From NCBI RefSeq assembly GCF_963921235.1, contig NC_086124.1:28148001-28212000 (forward strand): a stretch of 64,000 bases of DNA. The letters are read 5' to 3'. This DNA comes from Mobula hypostoma. Lineage: Eukaryota. Below the pieces are notes generated by a model, which was not told the origin of the DNA, ran no database searches, and was given only the letters and a program-made list of their open reading frames with translations. A program made the position numbers and the translations under genes. Positions 35,510 through 47,083 of this stretch are shown here, one piece after another. Positions within the stretch are counted from its first letter, which is position 1. Each line of letters starts with the position of its first letter.

Positions 35510-36420
35510 CTCTCAGCTCTGATTTTCTTTCAGCCACAACTCCGTGATGCCCACAGTTTCATGCCTGCGAATCTCTAACTGTGCTACAAGATCATCGACC
35601 TTATAACGTATACTGCGTGCATTCAGATATAACACATTCACGCCTGTATTGGTCACCCGTATCAACTTTGACTCGATCTTACCAGAAGTTAAATTCTTAT
35701 CTCTTTCTAAATGGTTTGGTCTTCTGTATGCTGACGACTTGTGTAACCGCTCCTGCACTCTCCTTCACTTTTACTTGACCCTTACTTTGCCGTGACGTTT
35801 AACGCAACCCTCTACTATTTAGTTCATAACCCTATCCACTTCCCTAGTTAGGTGATTTGCCAGGACCCTGGTCCCGGCATGATTCAGGGGAAGCCCGTCC
35901 CATCTCCACAGCCCCGACCTTCCACAATACTGGTTCCAGTGCCCCAGGAATTCAGCTGACAGCCACACATTGAACTCTCCGATCTTATCACCCCAGTGCC
36001 AATTTGTAAGTGGCTCAGGGAAGAATCTAGTGCTTATTAACTTTTGGGTTCTGAATTTTAATTTAGTCCTAAGCTGCTCAAATTCACCCATCGGAACCCC
36101 TGTCCTTGTTCGTCCTGCGCTGTAGTTATCCAGCTGGACTACAACCACTAGATCTTTCCTCTTCCACTCCAAATTACTCCATAGGTCAGATGAGATGTTG
36201 CGTTCCCGGGCACCAGGCAGACAACGCAGCCTTCAGGGCTCTCAATGCTTGCGACAGGGAGGATCTCGAGCATACATCCCTACGGCCCCCCTTCCATCTT
36301 CACAAGGAGCAGGAAGTTCAGACCTGCTGGCGAGCTCAAGAGCTGAGACTTCCCCCGGCACTACCTTTTGGATCCACTTACATTCCTCACTCACAATTAA
36401 ACCTCGTGTCACTCGCCACA
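35510..36420 (-). mobile_element. CR1 5' fragment (ORF1 esterase end + endonuclease start)
   Basis: GHWNQYCGRSGLWRWDGLPLNHAGTRVLA (SGNH block V-like) and VLYLNARSIRYKVDDL...GITELWL (APE endonuclease motif). Confidence 0.8.
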
Positions 36421-36429
36421 TAAACAAAT

Positions 36430-37170
36430 ATGAAGTATTTTATCTAATGGGTGCAACTGTCTCCTAACACAATCCCACTGCCCCGTACGCCACCCACAGA
36501 TCTGTGTCAGGCCCCAAAATATTCCGACCGTACCACACTCTCGCCACTTCCTGTATCAGTCCCTGAACTAATCCCACAGCCCAACTCCCTCCCCACAGCT
36601 ATGTCTGTCTCTGAACTAATCTCACGTCCTACTGTCTCGACACAGCTCTGACTTAGTCCCCAAATGCACTACACTGTCCCACTCTCACCTCCAGCCATGT
36701 GACAGACCCTGAACTAATCCTACTGCCCCACTCTCGCCACAATCCTTTGTCTGTTTCCAAACTAATCATACTAACTCTTTTACCACAGCTCTCTGCTTGT
36801 TCCTCAAGTAAACCCACTTCCCCACTCTCTCGCCGCAGCCCCGAGTCAGCCCACAAACAGACCACACTGTCCTGCTCTCTTCCCACAACCTGGTGTCAGC
36901 CCATCAACCCATCCCACCGCTTCACCCCCTAACCACAGTCCCGTTTTTGTCCCTGAACGAATCCCCACTGTCCCACTATTGCCACAGCCCCGTACCAGTC
37001 TCCAAACGTACCACACTGCCCTGCCCAGTCTGCACAGACCCGAGTCACTTCATAGATGAATAACACTGCCCCACCCCTCCCCACGACCCTGTCTGTCCCT
37101 AAGCTGAACCCACTGACCCGCTCTCTCCCCCACAGCCCCGTCAGACCCCAAACTAATCCCACTGCGGAGA
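36430..37170. repeat. Degenerate tandem repeat array
   Basis: Recurrent CCCTGAACTAATCCCACTGCCC...CCACAGCCC units with heavy divergence. Confidence 0.75.
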
Positions 37171-37660
37171 CTGTGGATATAGAAAGGCCAAGTGGCAGCG
37201 ACAGAGGCGATAACCCAAATGGATCGAAAGAATTCTAAAGCCGGAGGCACAGAAAAAGATTTGTGCGGTGGATGGTCCAGGTGGAAAGAAAGGACGGAAA
37301 GAATGATACATGGGGAAGAATAAAGTCATTCAAACAAGATACAGAGCGGAGGTATTGAAAATGGGTAAAGCCTCTGTCTCCGACTTGGGAGCAGGAATCC
37401 AGCAGCTCGCTTGACTCCACCACTCTGCGTCCCATCTCAGTTCTTTTCCCCCTAGTGTGAACACTTCCACAGAAAGTCGGTCCCACAGCAATGCCGAGGA
37501 TCAAAGATGCTGCCTGATAGGTTTCGAGCCAAGGAACCAAAAAGGTATCCTGTTTATTTTCAGCCGTTCTGTTTAATACAGACTGCAGGTCTGTTATCTT
37601 GAATTCTCAGAGGTAAAGTCATTGCACGACTTGTACACAGTTGAACATAAGTACTTTGCT

Positions 37661-38143
37661 CTAAGTTAATTGAACAAGTATATTCAATGGATAATTTATA
37701 CAGTTCTTCAGCTCCTCTCGGAATCTTCTCTGTGTTAAGATATAAATACACGTGTTTGTGTAGGAACCGAGAATTTGCAGCATAAATGCACTTGTTTCAG
37801 CCATATAATTTGGGTCAGAATAAGATAAATAAATTACGCCTGCCACTCGTCTGTAAATGTTGAACACAACCTTCGTCATCCACAGCAAGATGAAACTGCT
37901 GGTTATACTGAAGAGCAAAGCGATAGATTTTTTTCGGTTTTCCATCTCCGGATCTTTGTCATTCTCTCCATCCTTACGGCCGCGGAGTCCCCTGCGGACA
38001 AGACTGGCCACTAAAATCCGCCTGACCGTCAGAACATTGAGCAGCAGTATCAGAAAGAACGGGAGGAAAAGGGTTAAAATGCCATCAAACCAGTCAAATG
38101 CGCCGCTTGCTGGAGAAGGTAAGAAGGTACAGTACTTGTTCAC
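37661..38143 (-). pseudogene. GPR139/GPR142-like class A GPCR, TM5-TM7 portion of exon 2 (gene copy 1)
   Basis: AFDWFDGILTLFLPFFLILLLNVLTVRRILVAS...DPEMENRKKSIALLFSITSSFILLW...TNTCIYILTQRRFREELK. An in-frame TAG lies just upstream, a Penelope element abuts it, and the TM1-4 region was not found. Confidence 0.85.
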
Positions 38144-38164
38144 AAACTATATATAAAATTGTAA

Positions 38165-39988
38165 GCAACACACATCAAAGTTGCTGGTGAACGCAGCAGG
38201 CCAGGCAGCATCTATAGGAAGAGGCGCAGTCGACGTTTCAGGCCGAGACCCTTCGTCAGGACTAACTGAAGGAAGAGTGAGTAAGGGATTTGAAAGCTGG
38301 AGGGGGAGGGGGAGATCCAAAATGATAGGAGAAGACAGGAGGGGGAGGGATGGAGCCGAGAGCTGGACAGGTGATAGGCAGAAGGGGATACGAGAGGATC
38401 ATGGGACAGGAGGTCCGGGAAGAAAGACGGGGGGGGTGACCCAGAGGATGGGCAAGAGGTATATTCAGAGGGACAGAGGGAGAAAAAGGAGAGTGAGAGA
38501 AAGAATGTGTGCATAAAAAAGAGTAACAGATGGGGTACGAGGGGGAGGTGAGGCCTAGCGGAAGTTAGAGAAGTCAATGTTCATGCCATCAGGTTGGAGG
38601 CTACCCAGACGGAATATAAGGTGTTGTTCCTCCAACCTGAGTGTGGCTTCATCTTTACAGTAGAGGAGGCCGTGGATAGACATGTCAGAATGGGAATGGG
38701 ATGTGGAATTAAAATGTGTGGCCACTGGGAGATCCTGCTTTCTCTGGCGGACAGAGCGTAGATGTTCAGCAAAGCGGTCTCCCAGTCTGCGTCGGGTCTC
38801 ACCAATATATAAAAGGCCACATCGGGAGCACCGGACGCAGTATATCACCCCAGTCGACTCACAGGTGAAGTGATGCCTCACCTGGAAGGACTGTCTGGGG
38901 CCCTGAATGGTGGTAAGGGAGGAAGTGTAAGGGCATGTGTAGCACTTGTTCCGCTTACACGGATAAGTGCCAGGAGGGAGATCAGTGGGGAGGGATGGGG
39001 GGGACGAATGGACAAGGGAGTTGTGTAGGGAGCGATCCCTGCGGAATGCAGAGAGAGGGGGGGAGGGAAAGATGTGCTTAGTGGTGGGATCCCGTTGGAG
39101 GTGGCGGAAGTTACAGAGAATAATATGTTGGACCCGGAGGCTGGTGGGGTGGTAGGTGAGGACCAGGGGAACCCTATTCCTAGTTGGGTGGTGGGAGGAT
39201 GGAGTGAGAGCAGATGTACGTGAAATGGGGGAGATGCGTTTAAGAGCAGAGTTGATAGTGGAGGAGGGGAAGCCCCTTTCTTTAAAAAATGAAGACATCT
39301 CCCTCGTCCTAGAATGAAAAGCCTCATCCTGAGAGCAGATGCGGCGGAGACGGAGGAATTGCGAGAAGGGGATGGCGTTTTTGCAAGAGACAGGGTGAGA
39401 AGAGGAATAGTCCAGATAGCTGTGAGAGTCAGTAGGCTTATAGTAGACATCAGTGGATAAGCTGTCTCCAGAGACAGAGACAGAAAGATCTAGAAAGGGG
39501 AGGGAGGTGTCGGAAATGGACCAGGTAAACTTGAGGGCAGGGTGAAAGTTGGAGGCAAAGTTAATAAAGTCAACGAGTTCTGCATGCGTGCAGGAAGCAG
39601 CGCCAATGCAGTCGTCGATGTAGCGAAGGAAAAGTGGGGGACAGATACCAGAATAGGCACGGAACATAGATTGTTCCACAAACCGAACAAAAAGGCAGGC
39701 ATAGCTAGGACCCATACGGGTGCCCATAGCTACACCTTTAGTTTGGAGGAAATGGGAGGAGCAAAAGGAGAAATTATTAAGAGTAAGGACTAATTCTGCT
39801 AGACGGAGCAGAGTGGTGGTAGAGGGGAACTGATTAGGTCTGGAATCCAAAAAGAAGCGTAGAGCTTTGAGACCTTCCTGATGGGGGATGGAAGTATATA
39901 GGGACTGGACATCCATGGTGAAAATAAAGCGGTGGGGGCCAGGGAACTTAAAATCATCGAAAAGTTTAAGAGCGTGAGAAGTGTCACG
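38165..39988 (-). mobile_element. Penelope-like element with open RT + GIY-YIG ORF (5' truncated)
   Basis: 453-aa ORF 38555-39916: DVQSLYTSIP, GVAMGTRMGP, RYIDD, then CxxxxCxxC and GVIYCVRCSRCGLLYIGETRRRLGDRFAEH (GIY-YIG); terminal repeat at about 38165-38550. Confidence 0.93.
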
Positions 39989-39994
39989 TCACCA

Positions 39995-40960
39995 CTCAGT
40001 TAGATAACCATAATATACTTACAAAAGTGAAGAAAGGATGCGGTAAGGCTGTGAAAGGATGTAAAGAACAACTGATAATAGATTCTGTAATTCTAACTCA
40101 AGCAGGGAGAAAAAGCAGATATCTTTCAAGTTGTTATATTGATTATTGGTTCTGTCCCACACTCATGGTTAATAGAAGTTCTTCATATACAACGAATATT
40201 TGTGAAATTCTGACAACATCTGATGAAGTATTGGCGTACTATAAACACACTATCTATTAGCAACAAAAAGTAAACCACCAGTAACAAACTAGACCGAGAC
40301 ATTTTTCTTTTCCCCTAGGGCGATTCTCTAGGCCTACTAGAGCTTCAAACCCGCGCTCTAATTTATTGATTTATTGAACTGGACGAAAGTAGGGTATAAA
40401 ATCAGAGACAACCAAACGAATTCTTCATTGACATACCGTCTATACACCTTCGAGCTATTTTCGAAAGATTTAAACATGAACTGAGGACATGAATAGTGCA
40501 GAGCATGAAACATAAAGGAATGTGCAACCGACCCACTAGAATATAAAACAGAGCAACAGAATAAAATGCAGACGACGGTTCAATATGAAACACGTAAGTA
40601 TCTGGAATATCAAGAAGCAAAGAATATAAACCATAGTGTGAAAAAAGAAGAAAAACTTTGGAAAAAATAGTTTCAAGCCTTAAGAAAATCTTCCAAACAG
40701 AGCTCAATGTAAACATATAACAAAGGCAATAAACACTTTAATTATACCTAGACTAACGTATTCTCTTGACATAATATCTTGGTCCGAAACTAATCTGGAA
40801 TTGTTACAAAGAAAAGTAAGTCCTGAAATGATAAATTTTAGAAAACACTATGTACACTCGAATGCGGTTAGATTAACATCGCCTAGGAAAAAGGAGTAAC
40901 CAACATATATAAGAACATACAGAACATAGATAAAACTTCTAAGGATATATTTTCATCACC
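39995..40960 (+). mobile_element. R4/Dong-clade non-LTR retrotransposon RT remnant, AT-rich, heavily decayed
   Basis: KGCGKAVKGCKEQLIIDSVILTQA...YIDY, HLMKYWRT, GDSL, FSKDLNM, RKYLEYQEAKNINH and KAINTLIIPRLTYSLDIISWSETNLELLQRK...RLTSPR occur in the order of R4-clade RT domains. Confidence 0.8.
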
Positions 40961-42181
40961 GAAAACAGGATTCAGCACGCTTTCGGAACATATGCAATTC
41001 TGGTAAGAAGTGCACCGTACTACACTTAATTGAAAGCAAAGATCAAGTTTAAAGTTCAAAGATCAAAGTAAATTTATTATCAAAGTACATACAGGTCACT
41101 ACATGCAGCCTTCAGATTCATTTTCCTGAGGGCATACTCAACAAATCTATCGAATAGTAACTGTGACAGGATTAATGCAAGATCAGCAAAAGCGCAGAAG
41201 ACAACAAACTGAATGCAAGTATAAAGAATTAACGATAAATAACCAGAACAGGAAATAACGAGGTGAAGAGTCCTTAAACAGAGATTATTCGTTGTAGACG
41301 CATCTCAATGGATGGGCAATTGTCGCCTTTTGTTCAAGAACCTGATCTTGAACATGTTCGTCCGAATCCTGAGGCTCTTGTACCTTCTACCTGATGGTAG
41401 CAGTAAAAAGAGATCATGGTGGTGTGGGGGCGAGAGCGGGGGTGTGGATGGTCATTGATGATGGATGTTGCTTTTCTGTAACAGCGCTCTTTGTAGATGT
41501 GCCCAGTGGGCGGGGAGGGCTTTACCCCCGATGGACTGGGCCATATCCATTACTTTTTGCAGGATGTTCCATTCAAGGGCACTGGTAATTTCATATCAAT
41601 GTGTGATGCACGCAAACAGTATACTCTGCAGAAATCATCTGCAGAAGTTTGTTAAGGTTTTATATGTCACGCAGAATCTTCGAAATCTCCCAAGGAAGTA
41701 AAGCGCCTGCAGTGTTTTCTTCATAATTGATCTTACCTACTGGGCTCATAAAGTAAATGCGCATTTGAATAGTGATAAATGACTTAAAATTACCTAATTC
41801 CACACCGCCATCTACAACAAGCCTTCACCAATCAGATAACAACAGCGTAGCAGTCAGCGCGACGCTATTCCAGCTCAAGGCGCCGGATTTATCTGTTCAA
41901 TCCCGGTGTCTTCTATAACGAGTCGTACCTTCTTCCCCTGGAATGAGTGGGTTTCCTATGGGTCTTTCTTTTGAATAAAAAAAACATCCGACACACCTAT
42001 CACCTTTAACCGATAAAATATACCGTGCGAGCAGTCTTCTCATAAGGAGATCACAAACAAGAAAAACAAAGCGGCTCGCTATATTTGGCAAGCATAATCA
42101 ACCATGACAGCCTACTCCAGACATGAACCATGCAGCAACCAACTCCAGACATTAACCGGGCAACAGCCTACTCCAGACGTT

Positions 42182-45100
42182 AGCCATTCCCCTAAATAAT
42201 AAGTGTACCGTCCTGGATACTGTTGGCGGGGACGACCGACCAGGTGTGAGCCACGGTGGCGGGGCCTGCGGCACTGTGTCTGACCCGGTGGTGCAGAAGG
42301 GTGGGACGGAGAAAAGGAGAGCTGTCGTCATTGGAGACTCTATAGTCAGGGGAGCCGACAGGAGGTTTTGTAGACGTGAGAAGGACACCCGCATGGTTTG
42401 TTGCCTCCCGGGTGCCAGGGTCCGGGATGTCTCTGACAGGGTGCACGGCATCCTGGTACGAGAGGGAAAGCAACCAGAGGTCGTGATACATGTTGGGACC
42501 AACGACATAGGCAGGAAGAGGGATGAGGTCCTGAAGTGTCAGTTTCGGGAACTAGGCAGAAGGCTGAAGAACAGGACCTCAAGGGTGGCGTTCTCAGGAT
42601 TGCTGCCAGTGCTATGTGACAGTGATGTTAAGAATTGGAGGAGATGGCAATTGAATGCGTGGCTGAGGAGTTGGTGCAGGGAGCAGGGTTTCAGATTTTT
42701 GGATCATTGGGATCTCTTCTGGGGAAGGTGGGACCTCTACAGATTAGATGGGTTGCACCTGAACTCGAGGGGGAGCAATATCCTTGCAGGTAGGTTTGCT
42801 AGCATGGTTCTGGAGGGTTTAAACTAATTTGCAAGGAGGATGGGACCCGGAGCGATAGAGCAGTGAAATAAGTGCACGGATTAAAGCCGGATCTAACGTA
42901 TAGAGAGGCTTTGAGGAAACAGAAGCAGAATAAACGGTATAAAGGTAGTAAGGTAGAATGGTTGAAGTATGTGCACCTCAATGCAAGAGGTATCAGGAAC
43001 AAAAGTGATGAACTGAGAGCTTGGATACATACATGGAATTGTGATGTGGTGGCCATTACAGAGACTTGGTTGGCACCAGGGCTGGAATGGATTCTCAATA
43101 TTCCTGGATTTCAGTGCTTAAAGAGGGATAGAGAAAGGGGGAAAAGGGGAGGAGGGGTGGCATTACTGGTCAGTGATACTATTACAGCTACAGAAATGGT
43201 GGGTAATGTAGCAGGGTCCCCTTTTGGGTCAGTATGGGTTGAAGTCAGGAACAGGAAGGGAACAGTTACTCTATTGGGGGTATTCTATAGGCCCCCTGGT
43301 AGCAGCAGAGATACAGAGGATCAGATTGGGAGGCAGATTTTGGAAAAGTGCAAAAATAACAGGGTTGTTATCATGGGTGACTTTAACTTCCCTGATATTG
43401 ACTAGCACCTGGTTAGTTCCAAGGGGTTAGATTTGGGCAGATTTTGTTAAGTGTGTCCAGGACCGATTCCTGTCACAGTACGTGGACAGGCCGACTAGGG
43501 GGAATGTCATACTAGATCTGGTACTAGGTAATGAACCGCGTCATGTCACAGATCTTTCAATGGATTTGCATCTGGGGGACAGTGACCACCGCTCCCTGGC
43601 CTTTAGCATTATCACGGAAAAGGATAGAATCAGAGAGGACAGGAAAATTTTTAATTGGGGAAGGGCAAATTATGAGGCTATAAGGTTAGAACTTGCGGGT
43701 GTGAATTAGGATGATGTTTTTGCAGGGAAACGTACTATGGACATGTGGTCGATGTTTGGAGATCTCTTGAAAGTTGTTAGGGATAAATTTGTCCCGGTGA
43801 GGAAGATAAAGAATGGTAGGGTGAAGGAACCATGGGTGACAAGTGAGGTGGAGAATCTAGTCTGGCGGAAGAAGGCAGCATACATGGGGTTAAGGAAGCA
43901 AAGATCAAATGGGTCCATTGTGGAACACAGGGAAGCAAGAAAGGAGCTTAAGAAGCGGCTGAGAAGAACAAGAAGGGTGCATGAGAAGGCCTTGGCGAGT
44001 CGGGTAAAGGAAAACACCAAGAAATTCTTCAATTATGTGAAGGAAAAAAGGATGACAGGTGTGAATGTACGACCAATTAGAGATAAAGGTGGGAAGATGT
44101 GCCTGGAGGCTGTGGAAGTGAGCGAGGTCCTCAATGAATACTTCTCTTCGGTATTCACCAATGAGAGGGAGCTTGATAATGGTAAGGACAATATGAGTGT
44201 GGTTGATGTTCTGGAGCATGTTGATATTAAGGGAGAGGAGGTGTTGGAGTTGTTAAAATACCTTAGGACGGATAAGTCCCAGGGGCCTGATGGAATATTC
44301 CCCAGGCTGCTCGACGAGGGGAGGGAGGAGATTGCTGAGCCTCTGGTTAGGATCTTTATGTCCTAGTTGTCCACGGGAATGGTACCGGAGGATTGGAGGG
44401 AGGTGAATATTGTCCCCTTGTTCAAAAAAGGTAGTAGGGATAGTCAGGGTAATTATAGACCAGTGAGCCTTACGTCTATGGTGGGAAAGCTGTTGGAAAC
44501 GAATCTTAGGGATAGGATCTATGAGCATTTAGAGAATCATGGTCTGATCAGGGACAGTCAGCATGACTTTGTGAAGGGAAGATCGTGTCTAACAAGCCTG
44601 ATGGAGTTCTTTGAGGAGATGACCAGGCATATAGATGAGGGTAGTGCAGTAAATGTGATCGATATGGATTTTAGTAAGGCATTTCACAAGGTTCCACACG
44701 GTGGGCTTATTCAGAAAGTCAGAAGGCATGGGATAAAGGGAAGTTTGGCCAGGTGGATTCAGAATTGGCTTGCCTGCAGAAGTTAGAGGGCCGTGCTGGA
44801 GGGAGTACGTTCAGATTGGAGGATTGTGACTAGTGGTGTTCCACACGGATCTGTGCTGGGACCTCTACTTTTCATGATTTTTATTAACGACCTGGATGTG
44901 GGGGTAAAAGGTTGAGTTGGCAATTTGCAGACGACACAAAGGTTGGTGGTGTTGTAGATAGTGTAGAGGAGCTAGGGCTTTACTCTTTGGAGAGAAGGAG
45001 GATGAGAGAAGACATGATAGAAGTGTACAAGATAATAAGAGGACTAGATAGAGTGGATAGCCAGCACCTCTTCTCCAGGGCACCACTGCTCAATACAAGA

Positions 45101-45366
45101 GGACATGGCTTTAAGGTAAGGGGTGGGAAGTTCAAGGGGGATATTAGAGGAAGGTTTTTTACTCAGAGTGTGGTTGGTGCGTGGAATGCACTGCCTGAGT
45201 CAGTGGTGGAGGCAGATACACTCGTGAAGTTTAAGAGACTATTAGACAGGTATATGGAGGAATCTAAGGTGGGGGCTTATATGGGAGGCAGGGTTTGAGG
45301 GTCGGCACAACATTGTGGGCCGAAGGGCCTGTACTGTACTATACTATTCTATGTCTATGTTCTATG
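42182..45366 (+). mobile_element. Near full-length CR1 LINE (ORF1 esterase + ORF2 EN/RT, disrupted)
   Basis: ORF1 42246-42827 (VIGDSIVRG, VIHVGTND, DGLHLN); endonuclease 42872-43405; RT pieces 43737-44366, 44367-44786 and 44912-45298 with stops and an internal deletion; tail of TTCTATG-type repeats. Confidence 0.93.
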
Positions 45367-45732
45367 TTAACCGTGCAATAGCCTACTACAGACATTAAAA
45401 AAGAGAAAACATCCCGAATGCTAGAAAGGCTTAGTAGGACAAGCTGAAAAGAAAAACTATTTCAGGTTCAGGTCCGGATGCCACGTTTTCATCTCTTTTC
45501 CCAAACACTTCGGGACAGTTCATCCTTTGCAGAGAACAAAACGCTTTCAATGCCAGGGTTGGATTTAAAGTAGAATATGGCATGAAATGTAACTTCTACA
45601 AGGAGCACTGTTCCGCAGGAAACCTCTGTGAGATAACAGACGATGACGGCAAAAAGCCAACTCCCGGAAAGAAATCCGTTCTCCCACGTAGTTAACCCTG
45701 AGCTGTAAATGGATATCGTGTCAGCAACTTAC

Positions 45733-45796
45733 TGGGAACTCCAACCGCCGAGATCACGGGATAATAATTACTTTGGACGCGCAAAGTTATTGGCAT
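45733..45796 (-). CDS. GPR139-like GPCR exon 1 (N-terminus + start of TM1; gene copy 1)
   Basis: ATG at 45796; MPITLRVQSNYYPVISAVGVP followed by A|GTAAGT phase-1 donor (64 nt). The donor falls 11 residues from YY, the same position as in copy 2. Confidence 0.75.
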
Positions 45797-47018
45797 TCCC
45801 TTAACTCAGAGAAACGGTGAATTTCTAATGCGCTGTCAGCGACGGCTTAGACCGGTACTCTGACACGATGCTTTGTAAAAGATCCGGGTTTATAATGGGA
45901 TTGCGATTCCCTTGATAAGGCTCTGTCGTTAATTACTCATCCTTGCTGCCGTGTCAACAAACTCATTATTTCTAAGTACTGACCGTGGTGAAAACAACTT
46001 AGCCTGATTCTTAATGTCATACGGTCATTAAAAGTGTTTTCGAGTTTGCACACGGATTTACCAGTACAGTTAACTTATATATTTAACAATAAATCGCATG
46101 GCTATCCTGGGCTTGTACAAAAATGCGGGAGAGTGAAAGCAACATGTGAGCGGCGTTTACGTCCGCACCTCCGTATTAGCTACTGCGGGGAGATCACTCG
46201 GAGAGCGTCTGTCGTATAGTGCTTTTGGTTTAATTCTGAATTATTCCCCATCTTTCCAGTTTACAGGTTCTTCCTGTGACCCTGGGTGTTCTCCCATGGT
46301 GTCTATTAGATACTAGTGATCTGACGGGATTTTCACGCACGACAGTCTCCAGTGTGTGCAGAGAATGGTTAGAAAAGAAAAACACAAACAATAAACATCC
46401 AATAGGCGGCAGCGCCTTGTTAATGAGACATGTGAGAGGAGAATTGCCAGACTGCTTCAAACTGACAGACTGTCGACAATAACTCCAAGAAGCACGCGTT
46501 ACAACAGTGGTGTGCTCTGTCGGTACGATTTAAACAGGATATAAATAGAGTGGATTCCCGTTAAGGGGGACAAATCGGAACCACTTCAATTTGGCCCAGT
46601 TATGTGGTTGCCCCAGTTGGCATTTTCATGGAAGTAGTCTAAAAGGTATATAAAAAAAGTAAACTACCGTTTAACTGAGTAAGAGATTCTGTATTTAAAT
46701 GAAATACAGAATAAATTCGTAAACTATCAGTACTGCTACAGCACTAAAAAAAACTGTGTATGAAAAAATGCTATCGAAAAATTCATTCTCCAAACAGTCG
46801 ATCAGAAACTACAGAGCAAAACCCAGCATTTAGTATCTCAGGCCAGCGTGCAGGAGAAAGTTACTCCTGCGACCCCGATAGCGGGAGCCCGGCCGCTCGC
46901 TGTCCCGATATTGTAATCTTTAGCGTTGCTTCCCCATGGTCCCCAACTCGAGGTTCAACAGGCTCGAAGGCTCTCGCTCATCGTTAAAAGACGGAGTTAG
47001 AGAAAGAGAAAGGAGTGG

Positions 47019-47036
47019 GAGAGAGAGAGAGAGAGG

Positions 47037-47081
<45 letters not shown>
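47019..47081. repeat. (GA)n microsatellite
   Basis: About 30 GA units with one interruption. Confidence 0.97.

Positions 47082-47083
<2 letters not shown>

Noticed and set aside
37235-37540. ORF with AASLILGIAVG resembling a TM exon
   Set aside because: Lies beyond the GPCR poly(A) signal (AATAAA near 37555); hydrophobic run too short.
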